A stretch of 64,000 nucleotides of DNA, taken from positions 6,025,757 through 6,089,756 of the forward strand of contig MU054187.1 of the NCBI GenBank assembly GCA_013239625.1, read 5' to 3'. A program made the position numbers and the translations under genes. The stretch comes from Lama guanicoe (taxonomy: Eukaryota). Within the stretch, counting starts at the first letter, position 1. Each line of letters begins with the position of its first letter. This document shows, piece after piece, positions 61,818 through 64,000 of the stretch. Below the pieces are notes generated by a model. That model made no database searches. It was given only the letters and a program-made list of their open reading frames with translations, and had not been told where the DNA came from.

Positions 61818-64000
61818 GTAAGGGGACCGGGTCCTGCCTGCCTGCCTGCCTGGCAGTGAGAACTGTAACTAGATGAGCTGATCTAGCAGGCTTTTCCTTT
61901 AAACTTCTTGGAAAGCGTTTTCATTACGAGGTCCTGAAATTTTGTCTTGTGAGCTGCCCTGGAATCTCTTTTTTTTTTTTTTCCCGTGACTCCCTGTATT
62001 TACTTCTTGACTTATACACTTATTCACTTATTCACTGAATTTTGAATTCTTCTGTCCCAGGAACTGTGCTGGAGCTAAGGCTGCATAGAAAACCGGGCCT
62101 CACCCGTAAGGAACTCTGGTCTCATTGCCAGGAGATGGACGTTGGACTGACGCATTTTTCCCCTTTATTACTTCTGACTCTGTTTCTCTCCCTCTCTCTT
62201 CGACGTAAAAGTGCACTGGAACTGGGTTTCCAGGGAAGTTTTTTGTGGTGGTGCCTCCTCTTTGTTTTAGAAAATTTATTATTAATTTTCCCTTGGTAAG
62301 CTGCAAAACGTGCTCTCCCGTAACACTTACTTTACCACCTGTTGAATGTTAGTGTGATCTTAAATGGCAAACGGTAGAAAAATCCCAGTAAACCGTGATC
62401 CACAGGAAGTGTTGGGCCTCTAATAAGAGATTTGGAGTCTTCCTTTTTGTGAGCTGGGATTTTATCCTACAGAATTTATAAGCAAACAGATTTAGGTTTT
62501 AAGTTCTAGCACTCCCAAGATATCTTTCTGTTATAAATGTTGGTGTTTGTGCCCTAGATCTAGGAGAAGTAAATTAATGCACAGATTATTCTGAGTGCTG
62601 TTCAGAAATGCGTATTGATCTTCCATCATGGGTGCAGCCCTGAGCTTGGCTAGCACAGTGTGGTTTTAGAGCTGCAGGGCACAGGGCTTGTTCTTAGTGA
62701 ACGTCTACTCAGTTTGGGGAAACATGCCCGGCATGTGGAAGTACAAAGCGACAGGTGTCCAGAGGCAGAGGCAGCCCCTGTGGATGAGGCTGCTTGGCGT
62801 TTGGCTAGGACTCAGCCAGGGCTGTGAGCCGAGGGCATTTCTGGTTGGGGGATGGTTTGTTAAAGGGTGCATGGGACGTTGAATTTGCTGCAGGGCAGGG
62901 CCGGTGGTGGAGTTCTGGTGTTCTGTTTTAAAGAATTTGGGCTTCACTGGGGAGCCAGTGGTAGTGACTCGACAGTGCGTGCTGGTTAGGGAGCCAGAAC
63001 CTGAATTGTGAGCCTGTGGTCCAGGCCTGTGAGGACGTTTTGGACCAGGGCTTGGGGAATGGGAACAGAAAGGACTGAAACTACGGGGAAGTAAAAGGGT
63101 TGGATCAGGAAAGAGCCTTTTTGGGAATCCCAGTGGAGAGGCATTGAGATCAGGGACTCAGAAGCTTCAGCCTTGCTCAGGCTGGAAAGTGGAGGTCAGG
63201 AAGGCCTCCTGGGGACCTCAGGGCACAGGACACATTGGACTTCCGGGAAAGCTGCCCTCAGAGGTATGGCACCCTTAGAGATTCTCAGGAGGACCCCCGA
63301 GGTCAGTGGAAGCCACACGGGCCTCAGCCACCTGACCTGCGCTGCCTGGGAGAGAGTACCCCGCAGTGTGACGGGGAGGTGGGAAGGGCCATTTCTGAGG
63401 TGCTGGGGCCTTGGGCCAGCCTGGGTGGCTTCCAGGGCAGAAATGAACGTGACCTAGTTTCCTGGGATGGTTCTTTTCTTGTTCCTCGGCAGTTTCTTAT
63501 TAAACACGGGGTCTTTTCAGAGCAGTGCCCCGCAGACTTCTTGCCCCAGCATCATCTCTCCTCCCCGGAGGACACAGTTTGAAGATGGCCTCCCCTCCCC
63601 CAGCTACCACCTGTAATCCGACCCCTGGATGGGAATTGCTGATCTCCTTCAGCATTCCCTAGTTTTAAGACTGCGGATTTCTTGACAGGCATTTCAGAGG
63701 ACATGTATGAATACGTGGAACCTGAGTCCTGAACCCTGGTTGTGGGGGTGAAGGTGGGGTGGGCCAGATGTGCTGTGCCTGGTAGACACTGGGGGACACC
63801 AAGTGTTCCTCCCTTTTCCTCCGGCTCCATCTTCTCAAGTGAACCTTTGTAGACAAACTTGGAACTATTTAAGGGGTGTCACAAATACATTGGAGGTGTT
63901 TCTATTATGTAAGTTCAATCGCATTTTTAAACATTTTGCTCAAGGAATTTGCTTTCTTTTTTCTGCTCAACTTTACATCCTCTTCGAATTTCAAAGCAGT
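61818..64000 (+). other. CHD7: CHD7 intron 2 (start)
   Basis: Begins GTAAGG; no further CHD7 coding similarity in the rest of the window. Confidence 0.9.

Noticed and set aside
61818..61859. ORF continuation [13 protein letters not shown] as a truncated isoform
   Set aside because: It is read-through past a consensus GTAAGG donor, and I saw no canonical AATAAA downstream in the window to support intronic polyadenylation.

Overview
Mammalian genomic DNA carrying the 5' end of CHD7 (chromodomain helicase DNA-binding protein 7) on the + strand. A large CpG-island promoter lies at ~3880-6140 and is interrupted by a 406-nt assembly gap (4376-4781) that probably hides non-coding exon 1. A ~55-kb intron 1 follows, then the 1825-nt exon 2 (59993-61817; ATG at 60165; 551 codons of Gln/Pro/His-rich disordered N-terminus) and the start of intron 2. 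The intron holds ancient repeats (MIR, L2, MER3/MER33/MER5, MLT1, old L1, a Charlie1-type hAT relic) and younger insertions (5'-truncated L1s and tRNA-Ala-derived SINEs). The SINEs resemble the camelid Vic-1 family, so the host is probably a camel, alpaca or llama (inference). No other real protein-coding gene, CRISPR array or prokaryote-type system is visible, and the rest of the ORF track is explained as GC-rich noise or repeat relics. The most interesting signals are: (1) an apparent AT-to-GC substitution wave, suggestive of GC-biased gene conversion, affecting both intronic repeats and the CHD7 protein; (2) a possibly translatable exon-2 circle ending in a novel DLYPDFA tail; (3) two uORFs; (4) a nested transposon stack with readable target-site duplications (TSDs); and (5) a chain of palindromes at the promoter. 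Repeat-family names and human comparisons come from recalled sequences, not database searches, and repeat boundaries are approximate.
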